64,000 nucleotides of DNA from a virus. Of this stretch, positions 7,977-16,143 are shown piece after piece. The stretch lies in the IMG/VR virus record IMGVR_UViG_3300049440_000308, positions 62,309-126,308 of that record; one strand, written 5' to 3'. Made by a program: the position numbers and the translations under genes. Under the pieces are notes generated by a model. It saw nothing but the letters and a program-made list of their open reading frames with translations. It made no database searches and was not told where the DNA came from. Every line of letters starts with the position of its first letter. The stretch's first letter is position 1.

Positions 7977-9587
7977 ATGGTCGATACCCGCTCCGCGAAG
8001 ATCATCGAGTTCCCCGACCTCCCGCCGAAGGGCTCTCCCGGTAACGGCGGTAGAAGGTCCTTGCTAGGGCAAGAACTTGGAACCTCGTTCGATTACGGAC
8101 AGCGCTTGTTCGCCTACTATTTAGGGCGCCGGAGATGTGTTCGATTATGGCTTACCCACCTCGGCGAATTCAGCGCGCGGGACTACCGCCAGATGCTGAG
8201 CCGGAACGGGACTGCTAGCGCTCTCGAAATGGTGCTCACCCTGCCTATCCGTGAGGCCGATTTCAGCATTGAGCCGGGCAAGGGCGACACCGGCGAGTGC
8301 GACTTCGCCCGGTCTGTTCTGCTGACACCTGACTCGGAAGGTGGCATGGTCACGCCGTGGACCACGGTAATGGGCCAGATCACTGCCGGCCAGTTGTACA
8401 AAAAGTCCTTCTTCGAGAAGGTTTTCGGCATCCGTGACCTGGACGGCAAGATCATTTACCGGAAGGTCGCCTACCGTCCCCCGTCGACCTGCCAGGCCCG
8501 CTTCAACGACCGGTCGGGCGAGCCGAACGGGTTCCGGCAGCAGGTGTGGCTGTTCGGCGGCAACCTGGCCATTTCGAACAAGCAGAAGGTCCCCGGGTAC
8601 GTCGATGTCCCGCGTGTCCGCAGTTACGTTTACGTGCACGGCAAGCACCGCGAGCCGTTGAGTGGCGTCAGTGAGGTTGAGGTAACTTACTGGTGCCACC
8701 AGACATCCATGAAGCTGATGTTCCTCTGGATGCAATTTCTTGAGGGGATGGCACTACAGAGGCTGGTGGTGTACGGCAACGACCAGCCGGAGGCCACCCA
8801 GCGAGCCGACGACATCTCCCAGCTCCGCGGCTCCGGCGTCGTCGGCCTGGTGCACCCGATCGACGGCCAGAAGGCATTCGAGGCGATCCCGTCAGCGGGA
8901 GACGCGGGTCATTTCTTCACCGAGGCGCTGGCCTTCCTGCAGAGTTGGTCGATCAGCAGCGTCCTCGCCGGCTTCCTCGGCCTCGCCAGCGCGTCGACCG
9001 GCGGCCGCGGCGCCTACTCGCTGAGCCAGGACCAGAGCGATTTCTACTTGAAATCCCGTCAGGGCGTGGCGAAGGAGATCGCGGAGAGCATCTCCTGTGA
9101 CCTGATCCGCCCGCTGATCCTGCTGAACTTCGGCTCGGGCGCGGCGTTCCCCCAGGCGCGATTCGGCCCGCTGCAGGATGAGCAGGTCCAGATGCTGCTC
9201 ACCATGTTCAGCACCATGTCGGCGGCCCCCGTGCTGCACATTCCACTCGCGGTTTTTGACCTGATCACCGAGCGCATGGCGAGCATCCTGCAGCTTGACG
9301 TGGATCAGGTGCACGAGGCCCTGGTGAGCACCGCGAGCCAGCGGGCGGAGCAGCTGGCGGGTAATCCCCCGCCGGGCATGCCCCCGGAGGCTGCGGCGGG
9401 CCTGGGGCAGCTGCAGGGGCTGGCGACGGCGGGTACGGCGATCGCGCAGCAGGCGGCAGCGAAGCAGGCGGGGAGCACGCCCCCGTCAACCGCACCGCCG
9501 CCGAGGATGCGGATGCCCGCCGCGGGGGCGCCTAAGCCGCCGCAGAACAATCCCATGGCCGGCGGGCTTCCGGGGGCGGGGCAGTGA
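7977..9587 (+). CDS. portal protein (Mu gp29/DUF935-like), with candidate double bypass at 8118-8165
   Basis: Position after terL, size, and portal-like motifs (FFEKVF, YRKVAYRP, VHGKHREPLSG, SVLAGFLGLA..GAYSLSQDQSDF); Pro-rich tail. Confidence 0.85.
   Translation: MVDTRSAKIIEFPDLPPKGSPGNGGRRSLLGQELGTSFDYGQRLFAYYLGRRRCVRLWLTHLGEFSARDYRQMLSRNGTASALEMVLTLPIREADFSIEPGKGDTGECDFARSVLLTPDSEGGMVTPWTTVMGQITAGQLYKKSFFEKVFGIRDLDGKIIYRKVAYRPPSTCQARFNDRSGEPNGFRQQVWLFGGNLAISNKQKVPGYVDVPRVRSYVYVHGKHREPLSGVSEVEVTYWCHQTSMKLMFLWMQFLEGMALQRLVVYGNDQPEATQRADDISQLRGSGVVGLVHPIDGQKAFEAIPSAGDAGHFFTEALAFLQSWSISSVLAGFLGLASASTGGRGAYSLSQDQSDFYLKSRQGVAKEIAESISCDLIRPLILLNFGSGAAFPQARFGPLQDEQVQMLLTMFSTMSAAPVLHIPLAVFDLITERMASILQLDVDQVHEALVSTASQRAEQLAGNPPPGMPPEAAAGLGQLQGLATAGTAIAQQAAAKQAGSTPPSTAPPPRMRMPAAGAPKPPQNNPMAGGLPGAGQ
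8118..8165 (+). other. two candidate bypass elements: TAT-TTAG and GGC-TTACCCACCTC-GGC
   Basis: The +1 frame between them reads GAGDVFDYG; hops of 4 and 14 nt sum to 18 and restore the frame. Confidence 0.65.
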
Positions 9588-9967
9588 CGGGTTTCCGGCC
9601 GAAGCGCGCCCCGTTCAAGCTGGACTTCACCGGCGAGTACGAGGGCCTTGAGGTGACGGTCCGCCCGGTGCCGCTGGGGCTGCTGCGGGATGACGCGTCG
9701 GTCACGGAGGCGCTCGGACGGTCCCTGGTGTCGTGGAACGTCAAGGACGGTGACGGGCAGCCTGTCCCGGCGACCGCGGCCGGCCTGGCGGGCCGTGACC
9801 CGGAGTTGACCGCGGCCGTGTCGGGGGCGTACCTCAGGGCGGTGGGGAGGCTCGGGCTGGCGAAGCCGGTTCCGGTGCCGTCCTTCCGGCGGGCCGTGCC
9901 GCCCGTACGCAAGGCCAGGCCGCGGCGGGGCGCGGGACCGGGCGCGGAAGCGAAGGCGCCGCCGTGA
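9584..9967 (+). CDS. tail-assembly-chaperone-like protein
   Basis: FRPKR..KLDFTGEYEGLEVTVR...LVSWNVKDGDGQPVPAT resembles Streptomyces-phage chaperones as I recall them. Confidence 0.45.
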   Translation: MTGFRPKRAPFKLDFTGEYEGLEVTVRPVPLGLLRDDASVTEALGRSLVSWNVKDGDGQPVPATAAGLAGRDPELTAAVSGAYLRAVGRLGLAKPVPVPSFRRAVPPVRKARPRRGAGPGAEAKAPP

Positions 9968-10215
9968 CCCCGCCCAGGATCGCGAGGACGCTGCGGGTGG
10001 TGCGGGAGGGCACGGGCACCGCGGCCCGCCTGTTCATCGACGGGGAGCCGTTCGGTTACGCGGTCACGGGCGGGCTCGGGGTGAGCCTGAAGCGGGGCGA
10101 GATGCCGGGGGTTACCGTCACGATCGCCGGGTGGCGGGTTGAGGTCGTAGACGACACGGGCGCCGCGCCGGGCGAGCTGTCGCTAGGCGCCGAGGGCAGC
10201 AAGGGAGACGGATGA
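9964..10215 (+). CDS. hypothetical protein
   Basis: GTGA overlap; beta-rich sequence. Confidence 0.6.
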   Translation: MTPPRIARTLRVVREGTGTAARLFIDGEPFGYAVTGGLGVSLKRGEMPGVTVTIAGWRVEVVDDTGAAPGELSLGAEGSKGDG

Positions 10216-10508
10216 ACCCAACTGTTGGGCGAATAGTCCACTACGTATCTTTCGGCACGCCGGCCGGCGAGTACAAGAGCGAGTGCCGCGCGGCGGTCGT
10301 TACCGCCGGGCCGCACCTCGTCTCCGGCACGTTCCACGAGGCCGGCGGCGAGGCGGTCGGCTTGTGCGTGCTGAACCCGGAGGGCATGTTCTTCAACCAG
10401 CACGTCCTGTTCCACGAAGGCGACACCGGGCACGACCACGCGGGCGAGGAAGTCCCGGAGCGGTCCTACCGGGGCGGCTCCTGGCACTGGCCGGAGCGCG
10501 CAGGGTGA
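10212..10508 (+). CDS. conserved actinophage hypothetical protein (PTVGRIVHY type)
   Basis: MNPTVGRIVHYV...RAAVVT...GLCVLNP.GMFF. Confidence 0.75.
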   Translation: MNPTVGRIVHYVSFGTPAGEYKSECRAAVVTAGPHLVSGTFHEAGGEAVGLCVLNPEGMFFNQHVLFHEGDTGHDHAGEEVPERSYRGGSWHWPERAG

Positions 10509-11047
10509 CCGCCGATAACCGGGTGCTCGCGCTGCGGTTCGCGATCGACGCGATGGCGGTCGACGGGAACCTGAAGGCCGCGCAGGCCGGGGACGTCACC
10601 ACGACGGCGAACGTGTTCTACCGCTGGCTGGAGGGACCCGCCGTCATGGTCCTGGCCAGTGACTCGCTCACCTACCAGCAGGCAGCCCCGGACGGTCCGG
10701 GGATGCCGACTCTCAGGAAGGGATCAACAGTGCAGCTCACCGACCTTCAGCAGGTAACGATCTCAGTCGCCGAGTTCGACAGCAAGGGCCAGCCGGCCGC
10801 GGACGCGCTCACCTGGTCCGTTGATAACACCGCCGTGGTCTCCCTGGTGCCGTCCGCTGACACCCAGTCGTGCCTGTGCGTTGCGGGCACGGACGGGACG
10901 GCGACGGTCACCGTCACGGACGGCAGCGTGACCCCGCCGCTGACCGCGACCGACGTGCTCACGGTGGTTTCCTCGGTTGCGACGTCGCTGGTGATCAGCG
11001 AGGGCACCCCCGAGGACCAGCCGCCCGCCGCGCCGCCGTCCGCGTAG
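10505..11047 (+). CDS. protein with C-terminal Ig-like domain; possible internal start at 10730
   Basis: GTGA overlap; LTWSVDNTAVVSL...AGTDGTATVTVT is Ig-like. Confidence 0.65.
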   Translation: MTADNRVLALRFAIDAMAVDGNLKAAQAGDVTTTANVFYRWLEGPAVMVLASDSLTYQQAAPDGPGMPTLRKGSTVQLTDLQQVTISVAEFDSKGQPAADALTWSVDNTAVVSLVPSADTQSCLCVAGTDGTATVTVTDGSVTPPLTATDVLTVVSSVATSLVISEGTPEDQPPAAPPSA

Positions 11048-11122
11048 GCCGGGGAAGGCCCCGGGCGGCGCGCAGCGCGAGCGCGCCGCCCGGATAGAAC
11101 CGCAGGGAAGAAAGGGAACCGC

Positions 11123-11494
11123 GTGAGTCTGACCACTGACATTGACGAGACCGCACCGCAGGGTGCCCGCATCCGCCGCGCTGACGGGAGCGCCGTCGAG
11201 TGCGACCTGACGCGTTACCCTCGCGGCGACCGGAGAGGAGGAGGCGCGACGTGGAAGGCCGTCGCCCGCGAGAACGTCCGCCTCGACTATGACGGTGACC
11301 GTTTCGAGTGCGACTCGGTGCCGCCGGGGGCGGTCATCTCCTTCACCGTCTCCCCTAACGTGCCGCTGCTGCCAGACGGCGGCTGGGCCGCGCGCCCGGC
11401 GGGAGGAGTCGTGTACGAGAGCGACTTCGCGTGCCCGGAGGGCGGTGCCGGCATGAGTTGGCCGACGAGGCCGCGGGAAAGCGGCCCGCGATGA
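11123..11494 (+). CDS. hypothetical protein
   Basis: AAGGGA SD, GC3-rich. Confidence 0.55.
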   Translation: MSLTTDIDETAPQGARIRRADGSAVECDLTRYPRGDRRGGGATWKAVARENVRLDYDGDRFECDSVPPGAVISFTVSPNVPLLPDGGWAARPAGGVVYESDFACPEGGAGMSWPTRPRESGPR

Positions 11495-11497
11495 GCC

Positions 11498-12103
11498 GTG
11501 CCGGCGCCTAGCGCCCGTGAGGCCCTGCGGCCCGGTGACGTCCTGGTCGTCCGGACGGCCGGGCTGCCCGCGAGGCTGATCCGGGTCGGGGAGGAACTGT
11601 CCGGCAAGGTGGGGCTCGACAACCACGTCGCCTTGTTCAGCCACTGGACCGGCAGTGTCCCGTGGGGCCTGGAGGGAAAACCGGGCGGGGTCGGCTGGGC
11701 GGACCTGCGCCCCTACCTGGCCAGCCATTTCACGGTGAACAACTGCCTGCAGCCGGGCCGTGACGACGCGGGCCGGGCGGAGGTCTGCGCGCAGGCGGGG
11801 CGGATGCTGGGGACCGCCTACGACTGGGAGGCGATCGCGGATGACACGCTGCGGGCTTTTCACATGCCGGACCTGTTCGCGTCCACCTGGCACGGGGCGG
11901 TCCCCGGTCATGTTCTCTGCAGCTCCTACGTCTCGTTCTTGTACGCCCGGCAGGGGTGGGTGCGCCCGCGGGTGCCGGACCGGGACACGGAACCCGGTGA
12001 CTGGACGGCCTTCATCACAGATCACCAGTGGAGTGCGACGATAAGCGCGTTACGGCAGATTGCTGAAGAGAGCGGGGTGCCCCGTGGTAAACATCACCGA
12101 TGA
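11498..12103 (+). CDS. permuted papain-like NlpC/P60 (YiiX/YebB-type) hydrolase
   Basis: PGDVLVV, NHVAL, EG.PGGV, GTAYDW and C-terminal CSS motif order; TTA at 12050. Confidence 0.7.
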   Translation: MPAPSAREALRPGDVLVVRTAGLPARLIRVGEELSGKVGLDNHVALFSHWTGSVPWGLEGKPGGVGWADLRPYLASHFTVNNCLQPGRDDAGRAEVCAQAGRMLGTAYDWEAIADDTLRAFHMPDLFASTWHGAVPGHVLCSSYVSFLYARQGWVRPRVPDRDTEPGDWTAFITDHQWSATISALRQIAEESGVPRGKHHR

Positions 12104-12254
12104 GCTGATCTGGGACCTGATGGACCAGGTTCAGCGGGGCAACCAGATGCTCGCCGAGCTCTGCCGGAAGGCGGGCATCGACCCGGCGGCGGCGGGAAGG
12201 CTGCCCGGGGAGCCGCGCAAGGCGGAAACCGTCCAGCCGGGGCACGCGCTATGA
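12084..12254 (+). CDS. small hypothetical protein
   Basis: GC3-rich; ATGA coupling to next gene. Confidence 0.55.
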   Translation: MVNITDELIWDLMDQVQRGNQMLAELCRKAGIDPAAAGRLPGEPRKAETVQPGHAL

Positions 12255-12433
12255 CCGCCCGGGGCTTCACCGTGCGGTGCGCGGACCACGGGAACATGCT
12301 CCGCGACGAGGTGTTCGACGGGTGGGCGTGCCCGGACCCGGCGTGCGGGGCGTGGCTGCCGGACACCGAGGTGCACCGCCGGGTGACGTCCGCCCCGGAG
12401 TCGGCTGATCCCGTCCCCGTGGTGGCGAGGTGA
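12251..12433 (+). CDS. small Cys-rich protein
   Basis: CADHG...CPDPAC; overlaps neighbours. Confidence 0.6.
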   Translation: MTARGFTVRCADHGNMLRDEVFDGWACPDPACGAWLPDTEVHRRVTSAPESADPVPVVAR

Positions 12434-12684
12434 GCGGCCTCGGGCACGTCATGTTCGGCGGGGACCGCTTTCCGGTGACCGCCGTGCGGCTCGACGGCGG
12501 GGCGGTCAACATCACGTGGGAGGTGGAGGGGCCTTACGACGGGCGCGTCTCCCCGGTGACGATCTTCGGGCGGGACGGCCGGGGCATCGCGCAGGCCGGG
12601 GAAACCAGGGTGCCGCCATTGCCCGATAACACGGTGATCGCCCTCACCAACATCTGGACGATCGGCACGGTGACCGACCTGTGA
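12430..12684 (+). CDS. hypothetical protein
   Basis: GTGA overlaps at both ends. Confidence 0.6.
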   Translation: MSGLGHVMFGGDRFPVTAVRLDGGAVNITWEVEGPYDGRVSPVTIFGRDGRGIAQAGETRVPPLPDNTVIALTNIWTIGTVTDL

Positions 12685-12833
12685 AGGCGCGCGTCTGGAA
12701 GGACCGGGCGAGCGGCCTGTGGTTCTTCAACGTCCGCAACGCCGACGGGAGCGTGTCCTGGTACGGCAAGCGGCGGAAGTGGGAGCTTGCCCTGCGCGAG
12801 GTGCTCCTGTTCACTGACGCGCGCCGCCGGTGA
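12681..12833 (+). CDS. small Trp-rich protein (not in the ORF track)
   Basis: GTGA overlaps at both ends; MKARVWKDRASGLWFFNVR. Confidence 0.5.
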   Translation: MKARVWKDRASGLWFFNVRNADGSVSWYGKRRKWELALREVLLFTDARRR

Positions 12834-14542
12834 CAGCCGTGACCACGTCCGCCCCTCCGCCGCAGCAAGGCCAGCCGCCGCCTCCGCCGCCGTCCGGCCT
12901 TGACGACCCGGCTCTTGCCGTCGCGGTCGCCGCGATCCTCGCGGGCATCCTCGGCCCCGCCATTACCGCCGCTGCCCTCGCCGCGGCGCTGAAGCGGTTC
13001 GCCCTGACTGCCGCCGCCCTCGGTGCCCTCGCCGCGGTACTCGGCCTGGTGCTCGACCACCCCCCGGCGGTCACCGGCACCATAGGGGCCGCCTCGGAGC
13101 AGGTAATGCGGATGAACGCGGCGCGACGGGCCCAGTACGCGACAGCGGCGGCCCGGCGGGTGCTGGCAGCCGAGCGGGAGGCGCGGGCGAAAGGCGAGCC
13201 CGTGGAGGCGGCGCGGACGGCCGCGCTCGAGCGGGAACGGCGCTATTACGAAGCCCATCAGGCAGCCATGTGGAACAGGGCGGTGGCCGCGGGCAGGACG
13301 GACATGACGGCGGCGGAGCTCGGCGATTTGCTTGGGTGGAACGCGATTCTGGACCGTCGCGTCTCGGCGGAATGCAGGGCGGCGGACGGTAAGAACTACT
13401 ATGCGTCATCAATGCCTGACGTGGGGTACCCGGGCGCCGTTCACCCGCACTGCTTCCCGGCGGGCACGACGGTGGCGTCACCGTCCCTTCGCGCCGCCGC
13501 GGTGCGCTGGTACCGTGGCGAACTCATCGAGTTGACGACCTTCCGTGGGCACCACCTCGCCGTCACCCCAAACCACCCGGTACTGACCTCGCAGGGATGG
13601 GTCGCGGCGGGCCTGCTCCGCGAGGGCGCCGATGTAGTCAGCACTCGCCTCGGACAGGCGCTTCTTAGCCTGGTCGACCCACACGACTACCAGCAGCCAG
13701 CCTTGATCGAGGACGTACTGGGCGCGTTCAGCGAACATCCCGGCGTGCTTCCCCGAGCCGTGCCAGTTGCCCCCGAAGATTTCCACGGCGACGCCGGCGG
13801 CCGGGATGGTGAGGTCGCAGTTGTATGGGCCGACCGCATGCTGGTGGACGACCTCGTGGCCGCGCATGCGCAGCCACGCCGCGTACAGCAGTTCAGTCGC
13901 GAGAGCGGGCACGGTGCCGTGCCGCCGCTTGGCGAGTTCGCACCGCTGCTCCCACGACCTGACCGAGCCCCGTGCGGCGTCATGGGCCGCCTGGGAATTG
14001 CGCGCGTTCTCCTCGGGGGTGCGGCCGGTCATCATGAGCCGGTTGGCGTCGGCGTTGCCGCGGCGCGGAATCCCGTGGCGCTCCAAGATCCTCTTGATGA
14101 CGACCCGGCTGCAGTCGTGCATCTTCGCCAACTCGTTCTCACTGGCGCCGTCGGTGTAGGCAGCGCAGATGAAGTCCTCGGGGAAGTCGCGCGCGGCGAG
14201 GCGCGTACCTTGCCCGCGTTCCATGGCAAGGTTGTTGGCAGTCTTCTGGTCACGGAAGGTGCCGCGCTCGGTGAGGCGCGCGATCAGCAGCCGCCTGGGG
14301 ACGTTCAGGTCATCGGCGATGCACTGGTATCCGAGGTCGCTGCTCTCGTAGAGTTCGACCGCCTTGTCGATGTTCGCCGTAGGACGGCCTGGTCTGGGCA
14401 TGTGTTTAACCTCGAATCATCGGTTGGCTGGCTGATCACCGACAATATTATCACACATAACTGCCGCTGCTTTCCCGGACCACCACACCCTGGCGGGAAG
14501 CTCCTGCCGGGCAGCAGGCCGCCGCGTGCGAGGGCCGCGTGA
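12830..14542 (+). CDS. MuF-like head morphogenesis protein with intein
   Basis: LLGWNAILDRRVSAECRAADG...PGAVHPH|CRC is the MuF C-terminal HPxCRC motif, interrupted by an intein. Confidence 0.85.
   Translation: MTAVTTSAPPPQQGQPPPPPPSGLDDPALAVAVAAILAGILGPAITAAALAAALKRFALTAAALGALAAVLGLVLDHPPAVTGTIGAASEQVMRMNAARRAQYATAAARRVLAAEREARAKGEPVEAARTAALERERRYYEAHQAAMWNRAVAAGRTDMTAAELGDLLGWNAILDRRVSAECRAADGKNYYASSMPDVGYPGAVHPHCFPAGTTVASPSLRAAAVRWYRGELIELTTFRGHHLAVTPNHPVLTSQGWVAAGLLREGADVVSTRLGQALLSLVDPHDYQQPALIEDVLGAFSEHPGVLPRAVPVAPEDFHGDAGGRDGEVAVVWADRMLVDDLVAAHAQPRRVQQFSRESGHGAVPPLGEFAPLLPRPDRAPCGVMGRLGIARVLLGGAAGHHEPVGVGVAAARNPVALQDPLDDDPAAVVHLRQLVLTGAVGVGSADEVLGEVARGEARTLPAFHGKVVGSLLVTEGAALGEARDQQPPGDVQVIGDALVSEVAALVEFDRLVDVRRRTAWSGHVFNLESSVGWLITDNIITHNCRCFPGPPHPGGKLLPGSRPPRARAA
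13451..14461 (+). mobile_element. intein (Hint domain), 337 codons
   Basis: Starts CFPAGT; block B TPNHPVLTSQGW; ends VFNLE...IITHN followed by Cys +1. Confidence 0.9.
13478..14401 (-). CDS. HTH plus DUF559/Vsr-like PD-(D/E)xK endonuclease, antisense inside the intein
   Basis: Two HTH-like repeats, then VGPYNCDL...VAVEIFGGNWHG...QGWLLVVVW; GAGG SD upstream. Confidence 0.8.
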   Translation of the reverse strand: MPRPGRPTANIDKAVELYESSDLGYQCIADDLNVPRRLLIARLTERGTFRDQKTANNLAMERGQGTRLAARDFPEDFICAAYTDGASENELAKMHDCSRVVIKRILERHGIPRRGNADANRLMMTGRTPEENARNSQAAHDAARGSVRSWEQRCELAKRRHGTVPALATELLYAAWLRMRGHEVVHQHAVGPYNCDLTIPAAGVAVEIFGGNWHGSGKHAGMFAERAQYVLDQGWLLVVVWVDQAKKRLSEASADYIGALAEQARRDPSLRGQYRVVWGDGEVVPTEGRQLDEFATVPAHRGGAKGR

Positions 14543-14549
14543 GGGCCGC

Positions 14550-15140
14550 GTGAGGGCCCCGTCCGCCCTGGACCAGGAGGCGCTGCGGTTCCTGGAGGGA
14601 ATCCGGGTGCACATCACCGTCCAGCTCGAGCGGATCACCGCGGAAGGGGAGATCCGGGCGAGGCTGCTGCAGGAGGAGATCGACCGGCGGTTCGCCGAGC
14701 TCGACAAGCTGAGCCTGCAGCGGCACGGGGACCTGAAGGAACTGATGCTGACCGGGCAGGTCTCCGCCCGGGACGCGGTGCAGTCGGCGCTGGCCGCCGC
14801 GGAGAAGGCCACCACCAAGGCCGAGACGGCGGCGGACAGGCGGTTCGACAGCGTGAACGAGTTCCGTAGGGCGCTAACCGACCAGACGGCGACGTTCCTG
14901 CCCCGCACCGAGTACGACCAGGCGCACACTTCCCTCGCTGACCGGATCACCGTGAACGGCGAGCGGGTCGCGGCCCTAGAACTGCGGCTGACAAGGCGGC
15001 TGGACCTGGGCGAGGGTCATGCCGCCGGGGAGCGGGGGCAGCGCACCGAGGCGAGGCTGAACACGGGCACGGTCATCTCGGCGGCGCTGCTCGTGATCGC
15101 CCTGGTGTCGTTCGTGATCGTTTACGTAGCAAAGAAATAG
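14550..15140 (+). CDS. coiled-coil protein with C-terminal TM helix (possibly lysis-associated)
   Basis: AEKATTKAETAADRRFDSVNEFR motif and a hydrophobic C-terminus; start uncertain. Confidence 0.7.
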   Translation: MRAPSALDQEALRFLEGIRVHITVQLERITAEGEIRARLLQEEIDRRFAELDKLSLQRHGDLKELMLTGQVSARDAVQSALAAAEKATTKAETAADRRFDSVNEFRRALTDQTATFLPRTEYDQAHTSLADRITVNGERVAALELRLTRRLDLGEGHAAGERGQRTEARLNTGTVISAALLVIALVSFVIVYVAKK

Positions 15141-15148
15141 AGGACCGG

Positions 15149-15355
15149 ATGAGCTGGCACCCGACGCTGAGCAGCATCGAGCGCAGGAGCGACCTGGTGC
15201 AGGACCGGCCCCGGCCGCTCACGGACACGGCCTGGCGCGAGGCTGCGCTGAAGGTCATTGACACAGGGGGCTGCTGGTGCGGTGAGCAGTGGCCTCACGA
15301 CTGGCCCGGCAAGGACGACGGGAAACCGCACCCGAGGCGGGAGGTGCGGTCATGA
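15149..15355 (+). CDS. small Cys/His protein
   Basis: GAGG SD; CWCGEQWPHDW. Confidence 0.6.
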   Translation: MSWHPTLSSIERRSDLVQDRPRPLTDTAWREAALKVIDTGGCWCGEQWPHDWPGKDDGKPHPRREVRS

Positions 15356-15555
15356 CAGGGCCCTGCTGGCAGGCCGGCTATGTCTACCTGCTGCCGGAGC
15401 GCACGCCGGTCGCGCGCACCGTGACAGTCAGCGACGACGTGATGGTGGACGTGGACGCCGAGGGCCGACCGATAGGCGTGGAGATGCTTGACGGCGGGGA
15501 CTGGACGGGCGCCCTGGCGACGCTCGCCATGCGCGGAAGGCTGAGGATCACGTGA
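15352..15555 (+). CDS. DUF2283-like protein
   Basis: YVYL...VMVDVDAEGRPIGVEMLD. Confidence 0.65.
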   Translation: MTGPCWQAGYVYLLPERTPVARTVTVSDDVMVDVDAEGRPIGVEMLDGGDWTGALATLAMRGRLRIT

Positions 15556-15788
15556 GCGCTCAGATCATCGCCGCATTGCGCAGGCGGGCAGACCTGCTGG
15601 AAGACGACGCGAAGGTCTTCCGCGCCGACCATGAGGTCGCCCTCGGCTACGCGCCCACCGTCGGGGACGCGGCGGTGGTGAATCCTGGCCTGCTGCGGTT
15701 CCTCGCCTCCCAGTTCCTCGCCCTGGCTGACGAGGCCGAGGGACGCGGGGCACTGGAGCCCGACAAGCGCGCCGGGGACGGGCAGTGA
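15552..15788 (+). CDS. hypothetical protein
   Basis: GTGA overlaps. Confidence 0.6.
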   Translation: MSAQIIAALRRRADLLEDDAKVFRADHEVALGYAPTVGDAAVVNPGLLRFLASQFLALADEAEGRGALEPDKRAGDGQ

Positions 15789-16135
15789 GCCGGGCGAAGC
15801 CGCTCGACTACGCAGGCCGCTGCGCCCGGTACCTGCCCCGGCGCGGCATCACCTACGACCCTGAGCGCCTCTCGGTTGACCGGCTGACCTCGCGCCAGCG
15901 CAGGCGGGCGCTCAAGAAGGAACGCCACGCCCCGGCCTTCCCGCTGCTGCCTGACATTGACGGCGACCCGTACGACGGTGATGACGAGGACCCCCGCTGC
16001 ACTCACTGCGACGGTGATGTCTGGGTTGAGTGCGACGATCCGATTCAGTGCTGTGACCCTCGCTGTGACGGTGAACTGCACCCCGACCCGGCATGCGGCG
16101 GCACCGGCCTCTACAAGCACCAGGTGATCTTCTAG
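15785..16135 (+). CDS. Cys-rich (DnaJ-zinc-finger-like) protein
   Basis: CTHCDG...CCDPRC...ACGGTG. Confidence 0.55.
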   Translation: MSRAKPLDYAGRCARYLPRRGITYDPERLSVDRLTSRQRRRALKKERHAPAFPLLPDIDGDPYDGDDEDPRCTHCDGDVWVECDDPIQCCDPRCDGELHPDPACGGTGLYKHQVIF

Positions 16136-16143
16136 GAGGAACC

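Noticed and set aside
16093-16143. Upstream start of the polyprotein given in the ORF track
   Set aside because: It overlaps the previous gene; the strong AGGAGGA SD points to GTG 16144.
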